This document shows positions 37,265-47,523 of a stretch of 64,000 nt of DNA, piece after piece. The position numbers were made by a program, and so were the translations under genes. The notes below the pieces were generated by a model. That model did no database searches, was not told the origin of the DNA, and saw only the letters and a list, made by a program, of their open reading frames with translations. The stretch's first letter is position 1. Each line of letters opens with the position of its first letter. Origin of the DNA: Planctomycetota bacterium (GTDB lineage Bacteria; Planctomycetota; MHYJ01; WSZJ01); NCBI GenBank assembly GCA_038060895.1, contig JBBTCT010000002.1, forward strand, positions 128,001 through 192,000, given 5' to 3'.

Positions 37265-39504
37265 TTTTCGAACACCAGCAGTTTCGTCCCCGCGGCCACG
37301 GCAATCCGCTTCCCGTCCGCGCTGACGGAGACGCCGGCGGCGCTTTCCGTGGTGACGGTGCCGCGCCATTTTCCGTCCCAGATTCTCACGCCCGCGCGGT
37401 CGGCGACGGCGAGCGCGCCGGCCGGGGTGAAGTCTGCGGCGTCGGGGGACATGGACTCGACGTGGTCGGCGCCTTCGTAGACCTCGAAGGCGGCGCCGTT
37501 GCGCAGGGACCAGCGCTCGCCGCGCGGAGCAAATTCGGGAGCGCCGGCGGCGCCGCGGAGAATGGAGGCCTTGAGACCCTGCTCGAGGTCGTAGAAGCGC
37601 ACGCCGTCGGACCAGGCAAGAGCCATGCGGGTGCCGTCAGGGGAGAAGGCGAAGGGCGCGCCGCTTTCGCCGGGGAGGGCAGCCTCGGTGGTTTTGAGGG
37701 CGGAAATGCCGTCCTCATTGAAGAGCCGGAATTCTCCGTTCCCGGTGAGTGCGGCGACCATCGCGCCGCCCGGGTGAAACTGCAGGGCGGCGAGAGGCCC
37801 GCGGAGATCCGTGGACAGCGTCTTCCTCTGGCTGGTCACGTCCCAGAGCGCGAGGGCGCCGTTGTCGAACGCGACGGTGCGGCCGTCCGGCGAGAGCGCG
37901 ATGTCGGTGGCACGCGCGGCGCTCATCCGGAAGGGTTCGCGGTCGCGGGCGAGGTTGAAGACGACCGCCTCGCCATCATCAAGCACAGCGATCGAGTCGT
38001 TGGCGAGGTCGAAGGCGTCGCAGGCGGGGAAGTCGATCACCTGGCGGCCGGCGTTTGCGTCGATGACGTTGAGTCCGTGCCCCGCGCGCACGACCAGCCA
38101 GCGGCCGCGGGCTTTCACGGGGCGGCCGGCGCCCTTCATCAGTTCCTTTCCGCCGGCGTCGCGCAGCGTCCAGCTGGCCGCGCCCCATGCGGCCACGGAT
38201 TCGCCTGCGCACAGCACGCCGAGCACCGGCGCGGCCTTCGGTTCGCCGCAGGAGACGTCGGATGCGCTCGCAATCGTATGCGCGACCGGGCGCCCTTCGC
38301 TGACGAACAGCACGGTGTCGTCCTCGAACGACGCGCAGATGCCGGGGAGGCCGGTGGAAGGATCGGGAGCGTCGCCGTCGGCGCCGGACATCGCGCCGTC
38401 CTCGGCGCGGATCGCGGTCCCGCGGCCGGAGGCGTCGCGAACGACGATGATGCCTTTACCGGTGATCGCGTCGGCCGCGCCGCCGATGTCCTCGGGCTGG
38501 CCGTCGCCGCTCGCTAGCTTCCACAACGATCCGCCGCGCGGGCCGCCGCCGACTGCCACGCGGTTGTCGTCGCTCGCGACGAGCCAGGTGGTCCCTTCCA
38601 CGCCCGGCCAGCGCTTCTCGACCCGCCCCGACTGCGCGCTCGCCAGCGCGAGCTCGCGCCCGCGCGCGACGAGCAGCTTGCCGTCGCGCCGCCAGGCGAC
38701 CGCATCGGCGCCGCCGGAGACGCGGCAGACCTCGCGCTCGTCGTCGAGTGCCCAGACGAGCACTTCGTCGCCGTCCATGAGCGCCACCCGCCGCGCGCGC
38801 GCGTCGGCCCGCGCCCCCGCATACGGGTCCGCCGCCGGGTCGGCGTCGCGCCGCTCCCAGCGCTTCTTCCTCGTCCGCACCTCCCCCGCGATCTCGTACT
38901 CGTTGAGCTGGAGCCCGCTGGCGATCTCGCCGTCGCGCTCTTCCCGGTCGCGCCGCACGAGTACGAGGCGGTCGCCCTCAGGCGAAAACAAAACATCGGA
39001 AGCGCCGGTCGCGGGGAGGGGGTCGTCAAGGATGCGGGAGCCGTTTTCGACCCGCCAGACGGTCAGGACACGGTCCTCCGTCACGACGGCGAGGAACGCG
39101 CCGGTGGGCGACCACCCGATCGACCGGACGGGGCTGGGGCGCGCTTCGATCTTGATCCGCTCCTTGCGCGTCGAAGGATCCCAGATGCGCACCGCGCCGG
39201 AAGAGTCCCCCGTCGCGACGAGCCGCGCGCCCGGGCATCCGGCGCCCGCGGTCACTTCCGATCCGTGCTCCGCGAATTCGCCCTTCGCGTCCCCGCTCTT
39301 GAGATCGAAAAGGGACACCGCGCGCCCCGTTCCCCACGAAAACCCGATCCCGCCCCTGGCGATCCCGACGCCGAGCGGAGCACCCATAAAGGGTTCCTGG
39401 CTGGAAACCTCCCGGAATCCGGGATCCTGGGCGGAGGTGTCGAGTGCGGCGAAGAGCAGGCAGGCGGCGAAGACAATGTGTCTCACGGTGACCTTCCGGC
39501 GCAT
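37261..39504 (-). CDS. exported WD40-repeat beta-propeller protein
   Basis: Repeats such as ATGDSSGAVRIWD, WSPTG, FSPEG, LSPDG, FSPDG; start 39504 or 39486. Confidence 0.85.
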   Translation of the reverse strand: MRRKVTVRHIVFAACLLFAALDTSAQDPGFREVSSQEPFMGAPLGVGIARGGIGFSWGTGRAVSLFDLKSGDAKGEFAEHGSEVTAGAGCPGARLVATGDSSGAVRIWDPSTRKERIKIEARPSPVRSIGWSPTGAFLAVVTEDRVLTVWRVENGSRILDDPLPATGASDVLFSPEGDRLVLVRRDREERDGEIASGLQLNEYEIAGEVRTRKKRWERRDADPAADPYAGARADARARRVALMDGDEVLVWALDDEREVCRVSGGADAVAWRRDGKLLVARGRELALASAQSGRVEKRWPGVEGTTWLVASDDNRVAVGGGPRGGSLWKLASGDGQPEDIGGAADAITGKGIIVVRDASGRGTAIRAEDGAMSGADGDAPDPSTGLPGICASFEDDTVLFVSEGRPVAHTIASASDVSCGEPKAAPVLGVLCAGESVAAWGAASWTLRDAGGKELMKGAGRPVKARGRWLVVRAGHGLNVIDANAGRQVIDFPACDAFDLANDSIAVLDDGEAVVFNLARDREPFRMSAARATDIALSPDGRTVAFDNGALALWDVTSQRKTLSTDLRGPLAALQFHPGGAMVAALTGNGEFRLFNEDGISALKTTEAALPGESGAPFAFSPDGTRMALAWSDGVRFYDLEQGLKASILRGAAGAPEFAPRGERWSLRNGAAFEVYEGADHVESMSPDAADFTPAGALAVADRAGVRIWDGKWRGTVTTESAAGVSVSADGKRIAVAAGTKLLVFEK

Positions 39505-39536
39505 GAAGCGCCGCACGCCCCCTGTGGCAACCCGAA

Positions 39537-39902
39537 CTACTTCGTCTCGACCCACAACTCGTCGAATTCTACACCAATCCCGAAGTCGTCCGCCTTGCCG
39601 AAACGCACGGGGCGGCAGACCGCGTTGATGCCCGAGTAAGTCTTGCCGGACATCTTGACTTCGATCAGGAAGGGCTTCGCCGGGAACGAGTTTTTCCCGA
39701 GCTTGAACTCGCCGAGGAAGGCGCCCTTGAGGGAGACGTTTTTCACCTGCGCGGTGCCCTCGTCGATCATCTTCTTCTTGTCGACGCCGAGGATGCGGAC
39801 CTTGGCCTCGATGGAGACCTCGTTCCGCTTGTAGCGGCGGACGTCCTGCAGCTCTTTTTCGAAGAGCGTCTTGAATGTTTCGACGTTCACTTCCTTCGTC
39901 AT
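39537..39902 (-). CDS. PilZ-domain c-di-GMP receptor
   Basis: RRYKR and NVSLKG motifs, GIGVEF; RBS GGGAG. Confidence 0.8.
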   Translation of the reverse strand: MTKEVNVETFKTLFEKELQDVRRYKRNEVSIEAKVRILGVDKKKMIDEGTAQVKNVSLKGAFLGEFKLGKNSFPAKPFLIEVKMSGKTYSGINAVCRPVRFGKADDFGIGVEFDELWVETK

Positions 39903-40086
39903 TTTCTCGGCTCCCTCGTAGGACGGCGGAGTGCGTTGTACGGAAAGTCCGCAGTTCGATCCAGCATATCTTGGAAGAGGCTGGCGGGTTGCGGAGGCTG
40001 GTGGGATGGTACGCACTCGAAGTTCCCGAAGTAGTCGCACTTCAATCCCCGGACGCCCCCCAGAAAATGGTCGTTAGCCTTCGCCA

Positions 40087-40119
40087 GCCTGCCCTGAGCG
40101 AGCGAAGCGAATCGAAGGG
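40087..40119. repeat. REP-like element
   Basis: GCCTGCCCTGAGCGAGCGAAGCGAATCGAAGGG resembles the CCTGAGC...TCGAAGG repeat type; lies just after a stop codon. Confidence 0.5.
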
Positions 40120-40124
40120 CCTCC

Positions 40125-41432
40125 TCACGCATGCGCCAACGCCCGCTCAAGATCCGACAGGATGTCGTTCACGCTCTCCAGCCCCAAAGACAGTCGCAGC
40201 CCTTCTCCTTCCAGCCCACACGTCCCCTGGTCCGCTTCCGACAAAGTCGCATGCGTCATCTGCGTCGGGCTCTCGATGAGCGTGCGCGTCTGGCCGAGTG
40301 AGACGGCGAGCGTGACGGCGTAGGCGTTGCGCGCGATGTAGTTGAGGATGTGGTTCGCGTCGCCCTTGACGGTGAAGTAGAGCATCGAGCCCGGCGCGAA
40401 CGCGCCTGAGTAGTCGGTCATCTGCTGGCGCGCGAGCTCGTACTGAGGGAAAGATGGCAGGCCGGGGTAGGCGACGCGACTCACGCGCGGGTGGCGCTCG
40501 AGGAAGTCGGCGACGCGGCGCGCGGATTCCTGCTGCTGGCGCATGCGCATGTGCAACGTCGGCAGGCCGTAGACGAAGATCGGCCACGCGGATTTGGGCG
40601 AGAGGACGCCGCCGAAATCTTTGCGGTAGAGGAGGATGTGGGAAGAGAACTCCTGGCGGGTGATGACAGCGCCGCCCATGTCGGTCCCGAAGCCGCCGAG
40701 GTTTTTCGTGAGTGAGTGCACCACCATGTCCGCGCCCAGCGTCAGCGGCCGCTGGCAGTACGGTGTCGCGAACGTGTTGTCGATCACGATCTGCGGGCGC
40801 GGATGGCCCTTTCGCGCCGACTTTTCGCACGCCGAGCGCACGGCGCCGATGTCGATGAGCTCCATCGTCGGGTTCGCGGGCGATTCGAAGTAGACCACGC
40901 GCGTCTTCGGCGAGAGCGCCTTCGCCAGCGCACCGGGCTTCGTCAGGTCAGCCGCCGTGACCTTGATGCCGAGGCGGGGGTACCAATTCTTGAAGAGCGA
41001 GTACGAGCAGCCGTAGAGCGTGCGATGACAGACGATCTCGTCGCCCACCTGCAGAAGCACTCCCAGCCCGCCCGATACCGCCGCCATCCCCGTCGCGAAC
41101 GTCGCGCAGAAGTCGCCGCGTTCTGCTTCCGCAAGCGACTCCTCCAGCATGCCGCGCACGGGTTCGTCGAGCCGGTCGTAGATGTAGATCGGTGACTGCT
41201 TCGACGGTTCCAGCCCCTCATGCGCGAAGCTGTGGAATCCCAGCGCCCCGCGCTCCGCGCTTCCCAGCCGGTACGCCGCGCTGCTCGAGATCGGCGGTAC
41301 CAGGTGGTGCGTGTAGTCCCACTTCTTCGTGTGCGCCCGCCCGTGGACGAGGAACGTCTCCATCCCGTACGCCGGGCGGTGCGGCGGCGCGGGGTTCGCC
41401 GGCTTCTTCGACTTCTTCCCCTTTCCCGTCAC
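40125..41432 (-). CDS. Cys/Met metabolism PLP enzyme (methionine gamma-lyase-like)
   Basis: FATGMAA, LYGCS, FESPANPT, DNTFATP, HSLTK, AVSLG, LRLSLGLE; GTGA-coupled start. Confidence 0.9.
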   Translation of the reverse strand: MTGKGKKSKKPANPAPPHRPAYGMETFLVHGRAHTKKWDYTHHLVPPISSSAAYRLGSAERGALGFHSFAHEGLEPSKQSPIYIYDRLDEPVRGMLEESLAEAERGDFCATFATGMAAVSGGLGVLLQVGDEIVCHRTLYGCSYSLFKNWYPRLGIKVTAADLTKPGALAKALSPKTRVVYFESPANPTMELIDIGAVRSACEKSARKGHPRPQIVIDNTFATPYCQRPLTLGADMVVHSLTKNLGGFGTDMGGAVITRQEFSSHILLYRKDFGGVLSPKSAWPIFVYGLPTLHMRMRQQQESARRVADFLERHPRVSRVAYPGLPSFPQYELARQQMTDYSGAFAPGSMLYFTVKGDANHILNYIARNAYAVTLAVSLGQTRTLIESPTQMTHATLSEADQGTCGLEGEGLRLSLGLESVNDILSDLERALAHA

Positions 41433-41761
41433 TTGGCCGCCGGCTCGATCTTCACCAGCGTCCCGCACTCCGGCATCCCGCCCTCGCAATACTCGATGCA
41501 GAGCTTTTCTTCCTCAGCGGGCTGCGTCCATTCCTTCTTCGTGCACTCGCACTTGTACGTCGCGATCTGGCCCGCCTTCGAAGGGTCCACGACCTTCCGC
41601 GTCACCTTGGGCTTCTCCTTCTCCGGCTTCCGCTCGCCGTCCTTCTGCGGTTTCGGCATCGAACCGCTTCCCTCGCCCGCCTTTGACGGCGTGCCTTCCG
41701 GCTTCTTCTCCTCACACCCCGCGAACAACGCCACCGCCAGCACCAGCGCGAGCTTTTTCAT
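41429..41761 (-). CDS. small lipoprotein with Cys-rich (metal-binding-like) tail
   Basis: Lipobox FAGC; CxC...CxxxC...PECG; RBS AGGAG. Confidence 0.75.
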   Translation of the reverse strand: MKKLALVLAVALFAGCEEKKPEGTPSKAGEGSGSMPKPQKDGERKPEKEKPKVTRKVVDPSKAGQIATYKCECTKKEWTQPAEEEKLCIEYCEGGMPECGTLVKIEPAAK

Positions 41762-41869
41762 GGGTTCTCCTCGAATGGAGAAGCGAGTTTATCACCCGCA
41801 GCTATCGCGCGACAGGGCCGGAAGCGCATCTATGATCCACAGTCCGAACCAGAAACGGAGGTCGTCTCC

Positions 41870-42217
41870 ATGCCGGAACGCAAGAGCTTCAGCTCCCGCC
41901 TTCACGGGCGCCTTACCCGGTGGGAATCGGTGCTGGCGATGGTATTTCTCGTGGACCTGTTCGAGGACCGCATTCTCTTCCGGTACCAGCACATCCCCGA
42001 CTGGGGCAAGGTGCTCGTCAAGATGGCCATCATCGTCGGCCTGCTCGGCATCCTGTTGCACCTCCTCAACAAGCAGATCGACACCGGCCTGTCCTTCACC
42101 CGCGGCGCCGGCGAGCGCATCATCATTCCCCGCATCGCCATGCACGCCCTTCTGCTCGCCGCCGTCTTCACCGGCTTCTACTGGCTCAAGATCGGACACT
42201 GGCCCTGGGCGTCATAG
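41870..42217 (+). CDS. small membrane protein
   Basis: RBS GGAGG; 2-3 hydrophobic helices. Confidence 0.7.
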   Translation: MPERKSFSSRLHGRLTRWESVLAMVFLVDLFEDRILFRYQHIPDWGKVLVKMAIIVGLLGILLHLLNKQIDTGLSFTRGAGERIIIPRIAMHALLLAAVFTGFYWLKIGHWPWAS

Positions 42218-42231
42218 CTGCGCATCGGGCG

Positions 42232-43269
42232 CTACTTTTTCGCCGGCCGGTCCTTCACGATCACCTTCGTCTCGGGCACCGGTCCCAGCTTCGCCTTGCG
42301 CGTCAGGGGCAGAAGCGCCATGTCCTTCTTGTGAAATTCGCGGATCGCGCCCCAGCAGGATCTCCCGGGGGGGCCCTTGTGGTCGCCGTCGTCGCAGAGT
42401 CTTGAAGCGGTCGGGTCGCTGCTCATGATGCAGTGCTTGCAGTTGTCGCAGTGTTCGGGCCTGTGGTACTTGAAGTGAATCAGCTCGTGGAAGAACGTGT
42501 ACGCGAGGATTTTGCCGGGGGCCTCGATGGTGTCCGCCAGCGTGATCGCGTAGTACTCGCCCGGCTTTGCCTTCGTCAGGTCCTTGTTCACGATCGTGAA
42601 ATCCGCCGGTCCGCCATTGTCGGTGATCGTGATCTGCGACACGTACATCTGGCCCTCGGTCAGTTCCCACATGAACTGCGAGGCTTCCTTCGTCCGCTCG
42701 CCCCAGGACGCCAGGAACGCCGCGTCCGCGTCGCCGCGGTAAGTCGCCGTCAGGACCCAGGCCTGCGCCGGGTGGCGCGCCCGGCGGACCGCCGCGATCG
42801 CATCCGGCGAGGACCATTTCCCCTCGAAGAACTCCAGCCCCTTCGCCTTCTGCTGGTCCTCAAACGTCGTCCAGCCGTCTTTTCCCTTCTTGTCCCCGAG
42901 CGCCTTCCGCGCGGCCTCGTTCTCCGCGTCCAGGTCCACCGTTTTCCGCCACTCGATCCGCGCCTGCCAGGTCAGCCCCTTGTCGCGGCACCAGTTCCCC
43001 AGTTTCAGATGCCCGTCCGCCGTGTCTTCGAACTCGCCCTTCTTCGCCTCGTAATCCTCGTACAGCGTCTTGCCCGCCTTGCGCGCCTTCACGTCCGACA
43101 GACGCACTTCAACCGGACCGTCCTTGTACGTCAGGACCGTCAGCCTCTCCTCGTCCTCGCCCGCGATCGTTCCCACGAGCTTGCGCCCGTCGGCCGTGAG
43201 GACCTCGTCCGCCCGGGCGACGGAGGAAACCAGCGACAGGGCGATCACGGCTGCGACAACACGGCGCAT
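42232..43269 (-). CDS. exported Zn-metalloprotease-like protein (CLCA-like HExxH domain)
   Basis: Signal peptide; ASQFMWELTEGQMYVSQITI; HELIHFKYHRPEH; CIMS. Confidence 0.7.
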   Translation of the reverse strand: MRRVVAAVIALSLVSSVARADEVLTADGRKLVGTIAGEDEERLTVLTYKDGPVEVRLSDVKARKAGKTLYEDYEAKKGEFEDTADGHLKLGNWCRDKGLTWQARIEWRKTVDLDAENEAARKALGDKKGKDGWTTFEDQQKAKGLEFFEGKWSSPDAIAAVRRARHPAQAWVLTATYRGDADAAFLASWGERTKEASQFMWELTEGQMYVSQITITDNGGPADFTIVNKDLTKAKPGEYYAITLADTIEAPGKILAYTFFHELIHFKYHRPEHCDNCKHCIMSSDPTASRLCDDGDHKGPPGRSCWGAIREFHKKDMALLPLTRKAKLGPVPETKVIVKDRPAKK

Positions 43270-43350
43270 CGGGAACTCTCCTTTTTGCCTGCCCGGAGTC
43301 TACGGGCAAACCCGGGGCTTTCTTCCGGAAGTCACTGGTAGAATCCCCGC

Positions 43351-44601
43351 ATGCCGCGACGCTTCCTGATCGTCCTGCTCACGTTCCTCGCCATCCCGGG
43401 CGCCGGACTGTTCGCGCAGGCCCCCGGCGCTTCGAGGGAATCCGAGTATCGCAAGGCGATTGGAACGGCCTGGGAAGGGCTGGCGACGTGGTGCGTGAAG
43501 TGGAAACTCAGGGACGAAGCGCGCGCGGCGGCGGAGCAGGCGCTGGACGCGGACCCGAACAACGCGAAGGCGAAGACGGTGAAAGAGACGGTGGGCGCGA
43601 GCGAGGCGAAGGACGAGGTCCGGAAGGAGTACCAGAAGAAACTCGAAGCGACAAAGAAGACGGCGGCGGGTCACTGGAAGTCGATCGCCGCTGAGTGGCA
43701 CGCCATCCCGGACATCGAGGCCTACGACGTTTTCTGGGGCCGCGCGCTCGAACTGGACCCGAAGTCGATCCTGCCGGCGCACGAGGCGGAGTTCAAGGCG
43801 GCGCAGGCGAAGCAGGACTGGAAGCGCGCCGCGCGGTTGCTGGCGCAGCAGGAGAAGGCGCTGCCCGCGGACCCGGCGCGGACGAAACTGTGCCGCGAGC
43901 TCGAGGCGAGGGCTTCGGCGATCGAGCCGCTTTTGCGCAAGGCCTCGACGCACGAGATGCGGTACTTCCTGTCTCTCCCCCCGGGCTGGACTCCCGACAA
44001 AACGTGGCCCGTCCTCGTCGCGTGCGAGGGTACCGGGTGCAACTTCAAGGACCAGTGCGCGCGCTTCGCCAGTTTCCGCAAGGACGTGCCCGTCATCATC
44101 GTGACGCCGTGCACGTTTGCGAACACCAGCGGCCCGAAGAAGGAAAAGCATCCCTGGTACACGGAAGAGCTGATGAACCAGTGGACGAAGAACTTCATGG
44201 ACTTCGACGATCCCGGGATCATGGCGGCGCTCGCGGACGTGAAGCGCGAATGGGGCGGCGAGGAGAAGTTTTTTATTTCGGGCTACTCCGGCGGCGGGGT
44301 CATCTGCTTCTGGGAGATCTTCCTGCGCCCGACGCAGCTACGCGGTGCCTTTCCCGGCGGCGCCAACTACGTCGGACACCCCACTCCCCCCGGCGCGGGC
44401 GGCCGTGACCTGCCGATCCGCGCGTTCCAGAGCCAGAAAGACGAGTACTTCGCGAGCCTGACCGCCGCCTGGGCGGACGTGGAGAAAGCCCTGAAGAAAT
44501 TCAAGTTCACGAACTTCACGAGGACCGTGCTGCCCGATGCGGAGCACGCGGGGTGCCACGAAGCGATCTTCGGGGAGATTGACGCGATCCTGAAGAAGTA
44601 G
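43351..44601 (+). CDS. exported helical + alpha/beta hydrolase (esterase-like) protein
   Basis: Signal peptide; YFLSLP...WPVLV; GYSGGG; QSQKDE; AEH. Confidence 0.8.
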   Translation: MPRRFLIVLLTFLAIPGAGLFAQAPGASRESEYRKAIGTAWEGLATWCVKWKLRDEARAAAEQALDADPNNAKAKTVKETVGASEAKDEVRKEYQKKLEATKKTAAGHWKSIAAEWHAIPDIEAYDVFWGRALELDPKSILPAHEAEFKAAQAKQDWKRAARLLAQQEKALPADPARTKLCRELEARASAIEPLLRKASTHEMRYFLSLPPGWTPDKTWPVLVACEGTGCNFKDQCARFASFRKDVPVIIVTPCTFANTSGPKKEKHPWYTEELMNQWTKNFMDFDDPGIMAALADVKREWGGEEKFFISGYSGGGVICFWEIFLRPTQLRGAFPGGANYVGHPTPPGAGGRDLPIRAFQSQKDEYFASLTAAWADVEKALKKFKFTNFTRTVLPDAEHAGCHEAIFGEIDAILKK

Positions 44602-44622
44602 AGGACCGCTGACCCTGTCGCT

Positions 44623-46020
44623 TCACTGACTGGCGGACTCACCGAACGGCGGGACTCCTGCCTTCGCGCATTCCTCCCGCATCGCCTGCCGCTTCCGCCG
44701 CGCTTCCTCGTCGTAGTGATGAAGCTCCAGGAAGGAAATTCCCTCCAGCCAGAGGCGCCGCGCCTCGTCTGCGCGTCCTTCGCGCAGGCGCATGATGGCG
44801 AGCTCGCACCGGAACGTTCCTGTCGGGTTTCCGCCCTCGACGCGGCTGCTGGCGGCGAAGCACTCCTCGAAACAGCGAAGGGCGTCGGCCGTGCGGTTCG
44901 TGTCGCGATAGAGGCAGGCGAGGTTGCCGAGGGTGAGTGATTCCCAGTGCAGGTCGCCGACTTCGCGGTGGATGGCGAGCGCCTCGAGGTAGCAGGTTTC
45001 AGCCTCTTTCGGGCGGTCGGCGGTCTGGAGGTGGTGGGACAGCGTCGCGCGCGCGACCCCCTCGTACCGCCGGTTGCCGATCTTCCGCAGGAGAACCAGC
45101 GCTTCCTCGAGGGCGTTCAACCCGAGCGCGGGGCGGCCCGTGCCGCGGTAAAGGTTCGCGAGGTTTACGAGGACGACCGGCTCAACGCCCCGGTTTTCCT
45201 CGGACCGGAAGATCTCCAGCGCTTCCTTATAGTGCCTCTCTGCCTCGTCCAGCCGCCCGCTCTCGTAATGCACCATCGCGAGAGACAAAAGAGGCGGTGC
45301 TTCTCCCGCCCGGTCGCCGGAAGCGCGTGCGGCGGCCAGCACTTCGCGGTGGACCCGCTCCGCCTCCTCGAAGCGTCCCTCGTTGATGTCCGCCTGCGCG
45401 AGCCGGGCGCGCGTGTGCAGCTCGGCGCGTCGATCCCCGATTTCGCGGGCGATGGAGAGGGACTGCTGAAGCGCCTCCCGGGACTGCCGCGCGCGGCCGC
45501 TGTTCCCGTAGAGGAGACCGAGGGCATCGAGGGCCGACTGCTCGAGATCCCTGCGTCCCGCGTCCCGGAAAAGCTCACGGGCCTGGAGGAAGAGCTCCTC
45601 AGCCTCGCTGGTGCGGCCGCGAAGGCGGGCTGAGTGGCCTGCGCGACGGAGGGCGGCGCCGCGGGCAGCGCCCGGAACCAGGGCGGCGAGTCGCATCGCA
45701 GCCTCCTGCGCGGTTTCGTGCTGGAACTGGCGCGAAGCGACGTCAATCGCGCGCTGCAGGTAGCGGGATTCGCCGGGGACGTGCGCCGCGCGCACGTGCC
45801 CGGCGAGCTCGAGGGCGAAGGGATCGGTCGGGTGCGGCTGGAAAGGAGGCGGATCGGCGAGGTCGAGCCGCGGAGGATCGGGCGGCGGCCCTCCGCAGAG
45901 TGATTCGAGGACGGCGAACGCGAGGGCGTGGAGTCGCGCGCGGTCGCCGGGGAGCTGCAACTGGTAGGCGGCGTCTCGCAGCAACGCATGCCTGAAAATG
46001 TAGGCGAGGTCGGAATGCAC
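44623..46020 (-). CDS. TPR protein beginning at STAND-tail motif FRHALLRDAAY (paralog 1)
   Basis: About 40-aa TPR repeats (ALxIxRExGNRR.EG); TAGGAT-N6-GTG start. Confidence 0.85.
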   Translation of the reverse strand: MHSDLAYIFRHALLRDAAYQLQLPGDRARLHALAFAVLESLCGGPPPDPPRLDLADPPPFQPHPTDPFALELAGHVRAAHVPGESRYLQRAIDVASRQFQHETAQEAAMRLAALVPGAARGAALRRAGHSARLRGRTSEAEELFLQARELFRDAGRRDLEQSALDALGLLYGNSGRARQSREALQQSLSIAREIGDRRAELHTRARLAQADINEGRFEEAERVHREVLAAARASGDRAGEAPPLLSLAMVHYESGRLDEAERHYKEALEIFRSEENRGVEPVVLVNLANLYRGTGRPALGLNALEEALVLLRKIGNRRYEGVARATLSHHLQTADRPKEAETCYLEALAIHREVGDLHWESLTLGNLACLYRDTNRTADALRCFEECFAASSRVEGGNPTGTFRCELAIMRLREGRADEARRLWLEGISFLELHHYDEEARRKRQAMREECAKAGVPPFGESASQ

Positions 46021-46130
46021 TCCGGAATCCTATGGCGCAGGGCAGGAAAAGCGCTTCCAGTTTCGGGCTACGTTTCCGGGATCGGCCCTGTGCCCGGCTC
46101 TTCGCACACTCTCGTTACTCACCTCCCGCC

Positions 46131-47351
46131 TCAGCGGGGGTTGACTTCCGTCACCGTGAAAGGCAGCGGGTGATCGTGGACGTTCAGGAAAGTTTTCCAG
46201 TTTTCATCCGTGGAGCCCGTGCGGAGATACGTCCGCTTTGCCCCGCCCTTTTCAAATGCGAAGCAGGTTTCGTTTCCGCTCCACGGGACTCCATCGGAAA
46301 CGAACCAGACGGTGCTCACGGTTGCGGTGGCCCCGACAAGGGAATTGTCTTCGTTCATCGTCTTCGCGACCGGCGTGACGATCTGGTACCAGACCTCGTT
46401 CTCCTCCCTGACCTCCTTCTTCCCGAGGTCCTTCCGCGTCAGGACATATTTGTCGGCGAGCACGACGACCTTGTCTTCGCCCGTTCGAAACCACTTCATT
46501 CCCGCCGGCGCCCTGGCTTTGCCGTTTTCCAGATCTGCCAGGCTCGGAGCCGGAAACTGCTCCGTCTGCCCGGGCGTCATCACGGACTCGAAGCGGATAT
46601 CGAAATGGCGGCCGAGTTTTCCTCCGTACCAGGTGAGGCGCCAGCGCATGTCTTTCGACATTTCGTTCTTTGAGGTGACCTGGATGACGCTGAAGTCGCC
46701 ACGGCGCACCACCTTGGCCGTCACGCCTTCGAAGCCGTGCGTTGTCGCGCGTGCGGCCATGGCTTTCGCGGCCTTCTCGAGGTCCGCGGGCTTTGCGTCC
46801 GCCGGCCCTGCGAGGTAGAGCTCATTCGGGTTCGCGGGCGCCTCAGGCTGCACTTTCCCGCCGTCCGCAGGCGGCTCCGGTTTCGGGTCCGGCCTGTCCG
46901 GCCCCGGCGGCGGCTTACCGGACACCTGCGCGTCCCGGCACAGCTTCCGAAGCTCGTGAATCGAGGTCTGCACATCGGCGAACTGCGTCCTGAAATCGGG
47001 ATAGATCTGGATCGCATCCTCCACCTCTACTTCCGGATCGAAGAGAAGCTCCAGCGCCGCCTTCATTTCCGCGTTCGGGTTCGCCGAATTCTTGCCCGCC
47101 TCGTACCTCGCCTTGGCCTTCTCGATATCCCGCCGAAGCTTCTCGATCATGGCTTCCGGCTTCGGGTACACGGTCTTCACGTCGGATTTCTTCACGACGA
47201 GGCCTTCCGGATGCGCCTCGTTCTTGATGCGGAGCGAGTTCCCGAGATCCGTCACTTCCCCGATGTACCGCTCGCCGTTGTTCATCAGGACCGCGTCCGC
47301 GGACACGGAGGCTCCCAGCAAGCCGAGAAAGAGCACGGTGATGATTCTCAT
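46131..47351 (-). CDS. exported protein with possible SecD P1-like C-terminal domain
   Basis: Signal peptide; DAVLMNNGERYIG; Pro linker; AMAAR...GFEGV...IQV...FDIRF...VLTRKDL. Confidence 0.6.
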   Translation of the reverse strand: MRIITVLFLGLLGASVSADAVLMNNGERYIGEVTDLGNSLRIKNEAHPEGLVVKKSDVKTVYPKPEAMIEKLRRDIEKAKARYEAGKNSANPNAEMKAALELLFDPEVEVEDAIQIYPDFRTQFADVQTSIHELRKLCRDAQVSGKPPPGPDRPDPKPEPPADGGKVQPEAPANPNELYLAGPADAKPADLEKAAKAMAARATTHGFEGVTAKVVRRGDFSVIQVTSKNEMSKDMRWRLTWYGGKLGRHFDIRFESVMTPGQTEQFPAPSLADLENGKARAPAGMKWFRTGEDKVVVLADKYVLTRKDLGKKEVREENEVWYQIVTPVAKTMNEDNSLVGATATVSTVWFVSDGVPWSGNETCFAFEKGGAKRTYLRTGSTDENWKTFLNVHDHPLPFTVTEVNPR

Positions 47352-47523
47352 CGTGAAGGCCTCGAGAGAAAAGTTCGCGTAGGAAAGATGATAAGCGAAC
47401 GGGGGAGCGAAGCGGACGCGTTCCGGGTGAGATGGAGATTCGTTCCAACCTGCGAATCGAGGTTACCCCTCCTCACCCTTGATCGTTTAGTCTCCAGGCA
47501 GCTGCCGAGGGAGGAAGCGGTTC

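Noticed and set aside
35411-39628. long antisense or alternative-frame ORFs (e.g. 35411..37480, 37811..39628; also 47898..49799, 60857..62599)
   Set aside because: Shadow ORFs expected at high GC; they overlap better-supported genes and show no motifs.
39903-40086. c-di-GMP riboswitch upstream of the PilZ gene
   Set aside because: No recognisable GEMM consensus.
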